Below are positions 28,898 to 38,268 of a DNA stretch of 64,000 bases, one piece after another. Under the pieces are notes generated by a model that did no database searches, was not told the DNA's origin, and worked only from the letters and a program-made list of their open reading frames with translations. A program made the position numbers and the translations under genes. Position 1 is the stretch's first letter. Each line of letters starts with the position of its first letter. Source of the DNA: Bryobacterales bacterium (lineage in GTDB: Bacteria > Acidobacteriota > Terriglobia > Bryobacterales > UBA6623); contig CBDDCH010000001.1 of NCBI GenBank assembly GCA_965226215.1, positions 666,251-730,250 of the forward strand, read 5' to 3'.

Positions 28898-30013
28898 TTG
28901 AGAGCCAAAGTGAGCGACGCACAATCCGTCGAACTAGCGACCCCAGTGGCAACCGACGAGGCAGGCCAAGGTGACGCCTGGACCCAGCGGCGTAACAAAT
29001 GGGGCGTCTATTCACCCAGCGAACTCAGTCGCCGCTGCAAGGAATCGGGTGCCGGTGACGACCTCGTCGAAGGGATTATTCCGAGCCGATCCCTCGGGAT
29101 CTTCGTTGGAGACTCCGGCCTTGGCAAGAGCCCGCTCCTCTACCAGCTGGGGATTTGCGTGGCGGCTGGTGTGCCTTTCCTTGGCCGGGCTGTGAAACAA
29201 GGCACTGTGCTCTACCTCGACTTCGAAAACGGCACAGCCGAGGTCGATGAGATAGTCACCACGATTTCAGGCCATCTGGAGCTGAGCAAGCCGCCGGAAG
29301 AGCTGGAACTCTGGAATGCGAACGACCTCCCCCCGGACTGGGGCAATCAAGAATACATTCCCGGGAACCTTATCTACCAAGCTAAGCCCACGCTGCTGCT
29401 CATCGATCCCTTCACTGGCCTTTTCCCAAACATTGAAGAGAAAAACTCCGTTGCGACGCAAACTCTACACGATCTCAGAAGTCGCATCGGCGAGTGCGGC
29501 ACGACGATCCTCGGCGCGCATCACATCCGAAAGCCCCCAAGTGATCCTCAGCAAGGTCCTGCGTCCCTAGAGGACGAAAGTCTCCAGCGATGGTTTCTCC
29601 AAGCTCGTGGTGCGCGAGCCCTGATCAACGGGTGTGACGTTCGCTTAGGACTGGATCGGCCGGGCCTCAGTAGTCTGGGAACGATGAACGATCGCGGCCA
29701 GGAAGAAATTGCCTTAGTCCTGCGGGGTTTTAGGCGCGTGCGCGGTGAGATTCCGCTGACCTACTTGTCGCGCGTACTTGACGAGAGCGGGGAGCCCACG
29801 GGTTACAAGACGGTTACGGGGGCACGCCTCCTCTTTAACGACGAACGAGAGGCTGCATTCGCCAAGCTCCCCCCGAACTTCCGCTTCAAAGATGCGCGGC
29901 AAGCTTACGCGAAAGGAGACCAGGCGACCGCTGACTTCTTGAAGAAGTGTATCAGCCTGGGCATTCTGCGCAAGGTGAACCGGGCTTATGAGAAGCTTGA
30001 CCCCCCGGAGTAA
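28898..30013 (+). CDS. AAA_25 / RepA-like RecA-fold ATPase
   Basis: Walker A GDSGLGKSPLLYQLG, Walker B TLLLIDPF, and GTVLYLDFENG typical of plasmid/island RepA-like proteins. Start (TTG 28898 or GTG 28910) uncertain. Confidence 0.7.
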   Translation: MRAKVSDAQSVELATPVATDEAGQGDAWTQRRNKWGVYSPSELSRRCKESGAGDDLVEGIIPSRSLGIFVGDSGLGKSPLLYQLGICVAAGVPFLGRAVKQGTVLYLDFENGTAEVDEIVTTISGHLELSKPPEELELWNANDLPPDWGNQEYIPGNLIYQAKPTLLLIDPFTGLFPNIEEKNSVATQTLHDLRSRIGECGTTILGAHHIRKPPSDPQQGPASLEDESLQRWFLQARGARALINGCDVRLGLDRPGLSSLGTMNDRGQEEIALVLRGFRRVRGEIPLTYLSRVLDESGEPTGYKTVTGARLLFNDEREAAFAKLPPNFRFKDARQAYAKGDQATADFLKKCISLGILRKVNRAYEKLDPPE

Positions 30014-30207
30014 GCGGAGTGTTTGCCCAATTCCATTGTATTCAGCCAGTTAGCGCTCCGGAGGCTAGCGGAGCAGACCGGAGTAGGCGGAGTAAAGGAC
30101 CGTCGATAAAGCCTTTTACTCCGGTCACTCCGTCCTACTCCAAAGCACGGCGGAGTTGGAGGTTATTGATAACAAATAGGTTAACCTGTCCACTCCGCTT
30201 ACTCCGG
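30005..30207. repeat. iteron-like array of CGGAGT hexamers (putative origin or protein-loading site)
   Basis: Forward copies at 30006, 30015, 30079, 30088, 30151. Reverse copies at 30118, 30127, 30192, 30201. One-mismatch variants at 30059, 30069, 30137. The outer 17-bp perfect IR is 30005-30021 / 30191-30207, with an AT-rich tract at 30160-30186. Confidence 0.7.
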
Positions 30208-31028
30208 TACATTGCCCGCCGTCTGGTCAAGCCCCGCCCCTCCCGGCTGCTACCTTCAGGCCCACCTTGCCCCCACAGCGCCACGGAGCTTGCCTGCCCG
30301 TGCTTCCAGGAAGCCAAGGCGTTAAGTCGGTTCGCGCCACGGGGTCCCAGGGGCGACCCGGCCAAGACGACACTCCTGTCAGGCACACCTCCGACCCAGC
30401 GATTTCAATCACTTCCGCGAGTTAGCGCCACGGGTGGTGTGCGGAAGTGCGGGCCTAAAGTCCCCGCTGAACTCGACCGAAGAGCGGGTGTCGGAGCCAT
30501 CTAGGAGGGGGCCTTTCTCTCGACCCCCTGAAGCCGGGCGCCCCCGGGGCCGGCGGCCCACCCGTCGACCTGGACGTCGGGCCTTGCCTTCACCTCCTTC
30601 ACATGTGGACCTCTGGTGGCAGGTGCGCATTCTCAAGGAGTTCGGGAATGAGGTCTTCCTCCTGGGCCCGTGCACGGTCCAAGAAGGCCGTGCTCACTTC
30701 CAGCTTGGCTCAGACTCGCTCCTTTGGTTTGGCAGCAGAGCGGATGCTCTTTCGCATAAGCAACTGTCTGCGCGGAGCAGTGCACGGTGGGCTGCGATCT
30801 GGTTTACCGTATTTGTCACTCTCGCTCTCGTGTATCTCCAGTTCGGGTGAGCCTTAAAGGTTACAGGCTGACCAACCGGGCAAACGCTTTCCCGGTTCAA
30901 CGCCCATCGGCAGCTTTCGCTGTCGGTTTCGGCGGCTCTTCCCCAAAAAAGACATCCCCCGCGGTCCGTTTCTCTGCGTTTGTCGTCTTCCTCCATAGAG
31001 CAACAATCAGGCAAGACGGTGTGAAGAG

Positions 31029-31724
31029 ATGGTAATGATTTGTCCAAACTGTAAATTGCTCAATCCGGACACAGCCCAAAGGTGTGACTGTGGATACGAT
31101 TTCATAACAAAACTGGACATTCCAGAACCGGAGGAGTTTCGTTGGCTCGTAGACTTGCCGCGCCCCCGGCAGGTCATCAAGAAGGCGGATCCAGTCCCCG
31201 TGGGCGTGTTTCTTGCGCTGCTCGGCCTCGTACTTATTCTCAGCAACCTGCGGGGAGAGGACGCGGTCTACGGCCTAGTCGCGCTAGGTGTCGTCATCTT
31301 CATTATTCTCAGGATCCTCGACAGGGGTAACAACCTACTCAGCAATGGCAATGTCGCCTTTGGAAAGATTGTCGGCCTCGAATGGGTAGGTAACGTAGAG
31401 GCAGAACTTGGGTGGCGTCTTGATTACCAGTTTAGGGACAGTAGAGGTACGGTTCACGCCGCCGCTTACAAATATGCGGACGAAGAGGAGTGGCAAGGAC
31501 AAGTCGGAGATGTGTTGCCTGTCTTCTATGACAGTAGTAATCCGTCCTGCAGCTATCTTTTACTGGATATGGGGTATCCACTTGACTCAGGTAACCCCAC
31601 CATCTTGTGGTTGGGCTCACGGGGCCTCAGCGTCCCAGTCGGCGACGATCGATCGATACGGCGTTGGGTCCACGGCGACTGCCTGCTGCACAAGGCGGTA
31701 GAAGAGTTTTCCCCGGCTGCGTGA
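31029..31724 (+). CDS. zinc-ribbon + DUF3592-like membrane protein, C-terminus replaced by IS1595 read-through
   Basis: CPNC...CDCG ribbon, two TM helices and a DUF3592-like beta domain (...VLPVFYDSSNPSCSYLL). Native sequence ends at 31568 and resumes at 32611 (SDRIVGPRGG, stop 32641-32643). Confidence 0.55.
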   Translation: MVMICPNCKLLNPDTAQRCDCGYDFITKLDIPEPEEFRWLVDLPRPRQVIKKADPVPVGVFLALLGLVLILSNLRGEDAVYGLVALGVVIFIILRILDRGNNLLSNGNVAFGKIVGLEWVGNVEAELGWRLDYQFRDSRGTVHAAAYKYADEEEWQGQVGDVLPVFYDSSNPSCSYLLLDMGYPLDSGNPTILWLGSRGLSVPVGDDRSIRRWVHGDCLLHKAVEEFSPAA

Positions 31725-32600
31725 GTTGCGCCGGTTGAAGCGGAACACAAACTCGTCGAGGTAGTAGTCCAGATGCTCGTGGCTAACCGCGCCTTGGTGC
31801 GTGCCCAGCAGCCAGCGCTTGAGCAACGAGATCGCTTGGTGCACCCTCGGCAATAATTCCGAGGCCTGCTTGCGGCGGCCCGACAGAAAGACGATGCGAT
31901 GCTGGTAGCCCTTCTTCTCCAGCGGCTCGTAGCCCAGCCAGCCGTCGGTGTGCACCACGCTTCCCGGCTCGACCGACTCCTCCACGAAGGGCATCAAACT
32001 GGCCGCCGATGCGTTCCGCACGCGCTGCATGCGGATCCGTCCTAGCCCGCGGCCTCTCTCTTCCGCGGCTACTGCAATCAAGGCTTTACGCTCGGTCTGC
32101 CGGCCGCTCACACCCTCTTCCTCAGCGCCCCAATAGGTCTCATCGACCTCGACTACGCCCGCCAATCGCTCCCGCCCCGGACGCACCATCGCTCGCCGCA
32201 GCTTGTGCATCCAGGTCCACGCGGTTTGATAGCTGCCCAACCCGAGAACGCGCTGCAGACCCAGCGCGCTGACCCCGTTCTTTTGCGAAGTGACGTGCCA
32301 GATCGCCCGGAACCACAGCCGCAGCGGCTTACGTGTGTCTTGGAAGATCGTGCCCGAGGTCACCGACGTCTGCCGCCCGCAGCGAGCGCATTCGAACCAC
32401 ACTTTGCGCACCGGCCAAGCCCGCTCATGCCCGCATCCCGGACAGCGGAAACCCTCCGGCCAGCGCAACGCGGACAGATAGTCGCGACAGGCCTCTTCGC
32501 TGGCGAAGCGTACCTCGAACTCGAGCAGGTCGCGTGGATAATCCTCCACGAAGGCGCATTACTACATCTTGGGGTCACCTGAGTCAAGTGGATACCCCAT
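31569..32600 (-). mobile_element. IS1595-family insertion sequence
   Basis: The IRs GGGGTATCCACTTGACTCAGGTAACCCC (31571-31598) and 32571-32598 match at 27/28. A 10-bp direct repeat TTTACTGGAT flanks the element at 31559-31568 and 32601-32610. Confidence 0.85.
31617..32549 (-). CDS. IS1595-family (ISXO2-like) transposase
   Basis: 310 aa. N-terminal zinc ribbon (CPGCGHERAW...CARCG) and a DDE domain (VVEVDETYWG...VHTDGWLGY). Confidence 0.85.
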   Translation of the reverse strand: MEDYPRDLLEFEVRFASEEACRDYLSALRWPEGFRCPGCGHERAWPVRKVWFECARCGRQTSVTSGTIFQDTRKPLRLWFRAIWHVTSQKNGVSALGLQRVLGLGSYQTAWTWMHKLRRAMVRPGRERLAGVVEVDETYWGAEEEGVSGRQTERKALIAVAAEERGRGLGRIRMQRVRNASAASLMPFVEESVEPGSVVHTDGWLGYEPLEKKGYQHRIVFLSGRRKQASELLPRVHQAISLLKRWLLGTHQGAVSHEHLDYYLDEFVFRFNRRNSRSRGKLFYRLVQQAVAVDPTPYRSIVADWDAEAP

Positions 32601-32791
32601 TTTACTGGATTCCGACCGAATAGTCGGGCCCCGTGGAGGCTGATCCTCAAGCATCACCCCAGCGTCTACGTTGGGATGTCGCTCCTCGCGTTCAGGTGGT
32701 AGGTCTCCGCTAGTCTAGTCGGCTAGCGTTGAACTTCTGGCCTCAGTCGCCGGTGGTTGAGTTCCCACCAGGAATCAGCAGTTGTTGGTTA

Positions 32792-33139
32792 GTAACGTAC
32801 TCCAACAAAGCCACTTAGCCTGATTTCACCGGCTGGTGCCCGGGAAGTCCCCTTCTCGTCCATTGGGGCGGCCCTGATCTGGATAGATCCACCCTAACGT
32901 TAGAACTTTATCTGGAGTAATCCGGCGCTGGGAGGCGCGAGTGAAGGTGATGGGCTGATCGAAGCGTTGATCCAGGCGCACCGCTTTACGCCCGGCCAAG
33001 CCCACTGGCCCGCCCCGCGGCGACAGGTCTTCCCTGAGCCGAAGCGCAGGCGTGACGAAAGCGCAATAAAAAAAATCGGGGCGTGGGGTCAAACCCGGGG
33101 GGCCCAACCGCTCTCGGCCTGGGTTGCGAGACAAAGACG
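32792..33139 (-). mobile_element. 348-bp miniature (ORF-less) derivative of the recombinase/IS91-type element
   Basis: 32792-32962 aligns to the 3' tail 41683-41872, and 32963-33139 aligns to the 5' leader 44350-44529 of the full element. Both ORFs are absent. Confidence 0.75.
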
Positions 33140-33559
33140 ACCAGCACGCCTTCCGCGTTTCAGGGCTTAGCGGCTACGTGAGACCTGGCAAGACCACGCG
33201 GCTGGTCGTCACAATAAGGCGGCTCGAAGCGCAGCACGAGGTGAGGGTCAGTCAGCTTGAGGATTGGCTCGCAAGCGGCGGTAGGTCGCCCCGCGAACAG
33301 GTGCTCAAGGGTCGGCTGCGAAAGTTGCTGCGGCCAAAGTAGAACGCTAGATATACGCCGCCCTTCTCCCGAGGCCAACTGGGCCGATCGCCCAGTCTCG
33401 TTCTTCGACCGCACCTCGTCGGAACCGCGGGTCAGCCAAAGCCATCCAGTTGCAGAGAACGAACCTCCGCCGCGAACATCGACACCGGCAGTACGCTTCG
33501 CGTGGTTGGCGGAAGTTCTTTCGAGGGAGGAGCTGTCAACGTACCGAAGCGGCGCGGGT

Positions 33560-33800
33560 AGATCCTCATGGCGAAGGCTTGATCCAGGTGGCTGGTTCAA
33601 CCCTTGCCGACTAGTGGGGATCTATCGCCGTGCTTCGTTAGCGACCGCGATGCCAATGGACGAGCAGCCCGTTTCCCAGGCACCAGCACAATCCTCCGCT
33701 CGGGCAAGTCAGCGGTATCAATCTGCTCAGGGTAGGGAACGCACCTGATGATCGGCCACACTATCTCGCACTACTAGTAAGTCCCCTTCTCGTCCATTGG
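33560..33800. repeat. rearranged fragments of the same element family
   Basis: CCAATGGACGAG core in plus orientation at 33653-33664 and GTCCCCTTCTCGTCCATTGG at 33781-33800, in inverted arrangement. TCAACCCTTGCCGAC at 33594-33608 is shared with 36657-36671. Confidence 0.5.
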
Positions 33801-34061
33801 GAGATGCCTGGGGTGGTGTGATCTGGAGCTTTGGGTCCACTACGGCCCGCTCCGTCGGTGGTGTGGCCAGTCTGGCGCGGGAATAGCCCGGCTCTACCGT
33901 TGAACGTCTTTCCGGAAACCCAGTAGGTCTCTGACAGCAACCGAAGGGGCGTGGAGCCGGACGAAAATCTTGCATTGCGGCTGTCGCTTCAGCTACCCTA
34001 CCGGTTTCCCGGTGGCCGAAACAGAAATGCTTGCTACTAGGAGCAAGCGTCCCTCTAGGAG

Positions 34062-36455
34062 GTGAGAATGCAACGCAAATCTCTGTTGGGTTGGTGGATA
34101 AAGTTACGCAGACGTTTGCCCGCGGCGGTGGTGTGGGTCGCCGTCGGTGTTCTGCTCATCGCGGAAACGGCCTTCGCCCAGAGGACGCAGCGGCGGATGA
34201 TCCCCGACTGCACCTCGCCTGACACCGAGATCCGCATTACCCTCAGCCCTACCAAGGTACCCATCGGGGGAACAAGAATCGTGATCACAACATTGCTTTG
34301 CAATGTCGAGTCTCTGTTCTTCGACTGGCCCCAAGCCCAGGTTCGCTTGGTGGATGGCGACGACCTTTCTATAATAAGTCCCTTCGACGGGACCGATAGG
34401 CTTGGTGTCCTGCTCGCTTCGGCGGAGGTATTTGGGGGGGTTCCGGAGCCGCACCCCTCCTTTAATGTGGCCCTTACACATTTATTTTGCCCAGATGGTG
34501 ATCCGGTAATCTACGGCGCAAGACTAGGCTTTAGTAGCCACGAAGGACCGCACCCGACCTGCGTCGATCCGATTGTGCCGACGCAGGCTGACCTCGAAGG
34601 GCGAGCTGATCTCCTCGTAGAAGTGCTAAGAACTGGCCACCAGGTAGGAGAAGGATCAGAGGAGCCTCTCTACCTTTTCCCGGGCAACGTCCGCGGAAAT
34701 CCGAAAGCGGAACTGACGGTTCAAGCTTGCTGTTTTGGGACCGCACAGTTTCCCGGCCGGTCGTACTCCCCCCCCAGGGGCCCGAGCCCCGAGGAAATCG
34801 ACAGGACCTTGAGGATTCTCACAGAAGACTTAGGGGATTCAGTAATCCTCTCGCCCCCACCGGTGTACGAAGACGCCGGCATGCCCGTCGAAGAGAGCGT
34901 AAACGCCCAAACCGAAGTCAAGCAGGACAAGGCCCCGCACGAGGAGTTCATCAAGATGCTTCGGGAGCTGGGGCTGGCGATCACGGTTGCGCTGAGCAAC
35001 CTATTCGGCGTCTCGGCGACCGGCAATCCTAACGCGCAAGAGCTGGTCGGAACGGTCACGGTTGCCGGGCCGTTTCCCTGGGTGGAAGTCACCGGCGATC
35101 TGATGGACGACGGGACGTTCGTTGCCGATGGGAGAGGCACGGTCGCCGGGTTCCCCGATATCGCGGTCCGTCTCGAGGGCACGCTGACGCCGGGCGGCCT
35201 GGTCGGGGACTACACCATGGGCGCGGAGGGCGGGCTGCCCCAGGGCGAGCCGATCATCTACAGCGTCGAGGGGCGTCTGGAAGAGTGGGACACGTTTTTC
35301 GATGAACTGAGCGCCGTGTTTCTGGAGGCCGCCGAAGCCGCGGCCGGGGTTAACTTTGAAGCGCCGCTCGGCGGCGTGGACTGGGGCGCGACCATGCAGA
35401 GCATAACCGGCGAGCTGCTTCGCACCGAGGCCGGGCTGCTTTATCTTGACGCCGAGGGCGCCGAGACCATGCCGGGTGACGGGCTGTGCGGCGTCGAAAC
35501 CGCGCTGAGGGAGTTGGCCGACGCGGTGGCCGGCTCGACCTTGATCAGCCGCGAGCAGACGGAGGCGAACCTTCGTCAAGCAGCCATGCAGTTCGGCGTA
35601 GCGGCCGGTTTGATGGACCAGGTGAGCGCGCTGGCGCGAGTGGCCCCGACCGGAACAACGAGTCAGGACATCCAACAACTGCTCGACAGCCTGCAGGCGA
35701 CGGCGCCGCTGCTCGACGGCGTGCGGGTATCGGCGCTGGGCAACCCGTTCACCACAGTATCGGCCGCCGGCTACACCGGCCCGGTCGCCCCCGCGTCGAT
35801 CGTCGCCGGTTTCGGCGTAACCGGAGCGGCGGATGGCGCCGCCCAAATGATTCCCCTGCCGACGAGTCTGGGCGGAGTGTAGATTCGCGTGACCGACAGC
35901 GAGGGCGCCGACTCGCCGGCGGAATTCTTCTTCTCCTCGAACCTGCAGAGCAACTTCTTGATCCCGGCCAGCGCCGCGCTGGGGGACGCCGTACTGACCG
36001 TCTTCCAGGGAGATCAGATACTCGCCACCGGTAGTGTGCGGATCGAACTGATTGCGCCGGCTCTGTTCGCGGCCAACAACGACGGCATGGGAGTCGCCGC
36101 CGCGCGGTTCATTTTGGTGTTGCCGGACAACAGCCAAGTGGAAGACTTCATCTTCGATCCCAACCTGCCCGTCGGCAGCCGCACGGCACTGCCGATCGAT
36201 CTGAGCGGGGAAGGCGAGCTTGTCTTCTTGGTGTTGTTCGGTACGGGTATCCGGGGCTTCACCGACGAGGTCACCGCCACGGTCGGGGGAGTGGCGGTGC
36301 TGGTCCCCGCGGCGCTGGCCCACCGGGACCTTGTGGGACTCGATCAAGCCAATCTCGGTCCCATCCCGCTGGAACTGATCGGCGCGGGCGAAGTCGAGAT
36401 CGTCCTCTTTGTGGACGGCATCCCAACCAATACCGTCACGGTGAGCTTTTTGTAG
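34062..36455 (+). pseudogene. secreted protein with Solibacter-type (TIGR03437-like) C-terminal domain, split by an in-frame TAG
   Basis: ORFs 34062-35882 and 35889-36455 are in the same frame, separated by TAG 35883-35885. The stop falls inside the domain (...PLPTSLGGV*IRVTDSEGADSPAEFFFSSNLQSNFLIPAS...). An N-terminal signal peptide is present. Confidence 0.7.
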
Positions 36456-36539
36456 CTACTGATCAAGACCGCTTGCACACCAGGCGCCATTCCTAAAGCG
36501 CAAGTGACTTTTTTAGAAATCACTTGCGGTATCCTTAGG

Positions 36540-36680
36540 CGGCCACATCCCGAAAAGTTCCCTTTCCGTCCATTAGCACGCCGGGGGTCTGATCTGGATA
36601 GATCTTCCCTAACGGCGAACTGTTGATCCAGCAGGATGAAGCGCCGATTCGGCCTTGGATCAACCCTTGCCGACAAGGCA
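36540..36680 (-). repeat. second, shorter and more diverged miniature derivative of the recombinase/IS91-type element
   Basis: GTTCCCTTTCCGTCCATTAG...CTGATCTGGATAGATCTTCCCTAACG is joined directly to GCGAACTGTTGATCCAGC. A 3'-tail segment is fused to a 5'-leader segment at the shared CTAACG motif. Confidence 0.5.
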
Positions 36681-36821
36681 GGATCTGAGCCAAGGGGCTG
36701 GGCCCTTGATATCCCACAGCGTCGAGCACCGGGCCGCCCCTCTTGATCGAGACGATGCTGGAAGAGGAATTGCCGTGGCTGTGATGGACAGCACGCTCCC
36801 GGGAGCGGCGGCCCGGCCCAG

Positions 36822-38264
36822 CTACGCCAACGCTTTTTCAATGACGTGGCCGCCCACGTCAGTTAAGCGGAAGTCTCTGCCTTGAAAGCGGTAGGTCAGT
36901 TTCTCATGGTCGATGCCCATGCAGTGCAGGATCGTCGCCTGAAAATCATTAATGTGTACAGGGTCTTCCACAGGGTTGTAGCCTAGCTCGTCGGTCGCGC
37001 CGATGGTAACGCCGGGTTTGATGCCGCCTCCGGCCATCCAAATCGTGAAGGCTTTCATGTGATGGTCGCGGCCATAGTTCCCGTCCGCCGTGCTTCCCTG
37101 GTTCATCGGGGTGCGGCCGAACTCGCCGGCCCAGATCACCAAGGTGTCGTCGAGCATGCCGCGATCCTTGAGGTCCTGGATCAGAGCCGCCGAAGCCCGG
37201 TCCGTTTGGAGGCACTGCCGGGAAATGTCAGTCGGTAAGTTCTTGTGGTTATCCCAACCGCGGTGATAGAGCTGAATGAAGCGGACGTCGCGCTCCGCCA
37301 ATCTGCGCGCCAACAGGCAGTTGTTCGCGAAAGAGGTCTTGCCCGGCTCGGCTCCATATCGTGCCAGCACCCCTGGGGGTTCCTGACTGAGGTCGGTTAA
37401 TTCCGGCACACTGGTTTGCATTCGAAACGCCATCTCATACGACTCGATGCGCGTCATGATCTCGGGGTCCCCGACCGTGTCGAGCCTGTGCTGATTGAGA
37501 TCGCGGATTCCGTCGAGCAATCGCCGCTGGATTTTGTCGTTGGTCCCCGGAGGGTTTGACACGAACAGAATCGGGTCGCCCGTCGAGCGAAACTCCACGC
37601 CTTGGTGCGTACTGGGCAAGAAACCGCTTCCCCAATAGCGCGACCGTAGCGGTGCTCCTGTACCGGCGTTGGAAGTGAGGACAACGAAGGCGGGCAACTG
37701 GTCATTCTCACTGCCCAGGCCGTAGGAGATCCAGGCACCCGTGGTCGGCCTGCCGGGCTGCTGCCCGCCGGTCTGGATCAACGTCACCGCGGGGTCATGG
37801 TTGATGGCATCTGTGTGGACCGAACGAATGATCGCGATATTGTCCGCGATCTTGGCGGTGTAAGGCAGCAGTTCTGATAGCTCGGCGCCCGACTGCCCGT
37901 GCCGCTGGAACTTGAACTTCGATCCCATACAAATCAGCTCTTGGCCCCTCAGCTGTGCGATTCGTTGCCCTTTAGTGAAACTCTCCGGCATAGGTTGGCC
38001 GCTCAGCTCGGCAAGCTTGGGCTTGTGGTCAAACAGATCGAGCTGCGAGGGCGCACCCGACTGAAACAAGTAAATGATGCGCTTCGCCTTCGGTGCAAAA
38101 TGCAGCGGGTTCACCACTCCGCGCGACTGCATCGAGGACTTGGCGGCTCGAAGCAGGTCCCTATCCAACAGAGACGCCAGCGCCATGATGCCGATCCCCC
38201 GGGATGAGCGGCTGAAGAAACAGCGCCGCGTCATGTCGCGAGTAAACTCTTCGGGGTAACCCAT
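36822..38264 (-). CDS. DUF1501 domain protein (sulfatase-fold, Tat signal)
   Basis: 480 aa. Twin-arginine-like N-terminus ([23 protein letters not shown]) and family-typical blocks (GGGIKPG, [14 protein letters not shown]). Confidence 0.8.
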   Translation of the reverse strand: MGYPEEFTRDMTRRCFFSRSSRGIGIMALASLLDRDLLRAAKSSMQSRGVVNPLHFAPKAKRIIYLFQSGAPSQLDLFDHKPKLAELSGQPMPESFTKGQRIAQLRGQELICMGSKFKFQRHGQSGAELSELLPYTAKIADNIAIIRSVHTDAINHDPAVTLIQTGGQQPGRPTTGAWISYGLGSENDQLPAFVVLTSNAGTGAPLRSRYWGSGFLPSTHQGVEFRSTGDPILFVSNPPGTNDKIQRRLLDGIRDLNQHRLDTVGDPEIMTRIESYEMAFRMQTSVPELTDLSQEPPGVLARYGAEPGKTSFANNCLLARRLAERDVRFIQLYHRGWDNHKNLPTDISRQCLQTDRASAALIQDLKDRGMLDDTLVIWAGEFGRTPMNQGSTADGNYGRDHHMKAFTIWMAGGGIKPGVTIGATDELGYNPVEDPVHINDFQATILHCMGIDHEKLTYRFQGRDFRLTDVGGHVIEKALA

Positions 38265-38268
38265 GGCC

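Noticed and set aside
30019-30504. 161-aa ORF (and overlapping minus-strand ORFs) across the iteron region and the 30.2-31.0 kb gap
   Set aside because: Pro/Arg/Ser-rich with no motif. The ORF is built on the repeat array itself. A short minus-strand stretch (...STAFLDRARAQEEDLIPELLENAHLPPEVHM, about 30.60-30.70 kb) looks protein-like but has no start and is too short to support.
32792-33139. Possible ORF-less group II intron. On the minus strand, GTGCG occurs about 105 nt in from the element's 5' end (near 33035), where it looked like the start of a conserved core, and the element ends in ...GTACGTTAC.
   Set aside because: About 350 nt is far too short. I could not build a domain V (the AGCCGG...CTGGCT stem is only 4-6 bp). 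No RT/maturase is associated. The full-length relative encodes a recombinase and an HUH transposase instead.
35883-35885. Both internal stops in otherwise continuous genes (35883 and 45571) are TAG, so amber recoding or pyrrolysine was considered.
   Set aside because: TAG also serves as the ordinary terminator of intact genes here, for example the DUF1111 gene at 24309-24311. No pyl genes are visible. The second case lies in an obviously decayed integrase. Independent nonsense mutations are the simpler reading.
36499-36528. 9-bp perfect hairpin (CGCAAGTGA...TCACTTGCG) 43 bp after the secreted-protein gene, considered as an intrinsic terminator
   Set aside because: The loop is 12 nt and no U-tract follows on either strand. 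It may instead belong to the adjacent element fragment, so it is not called.
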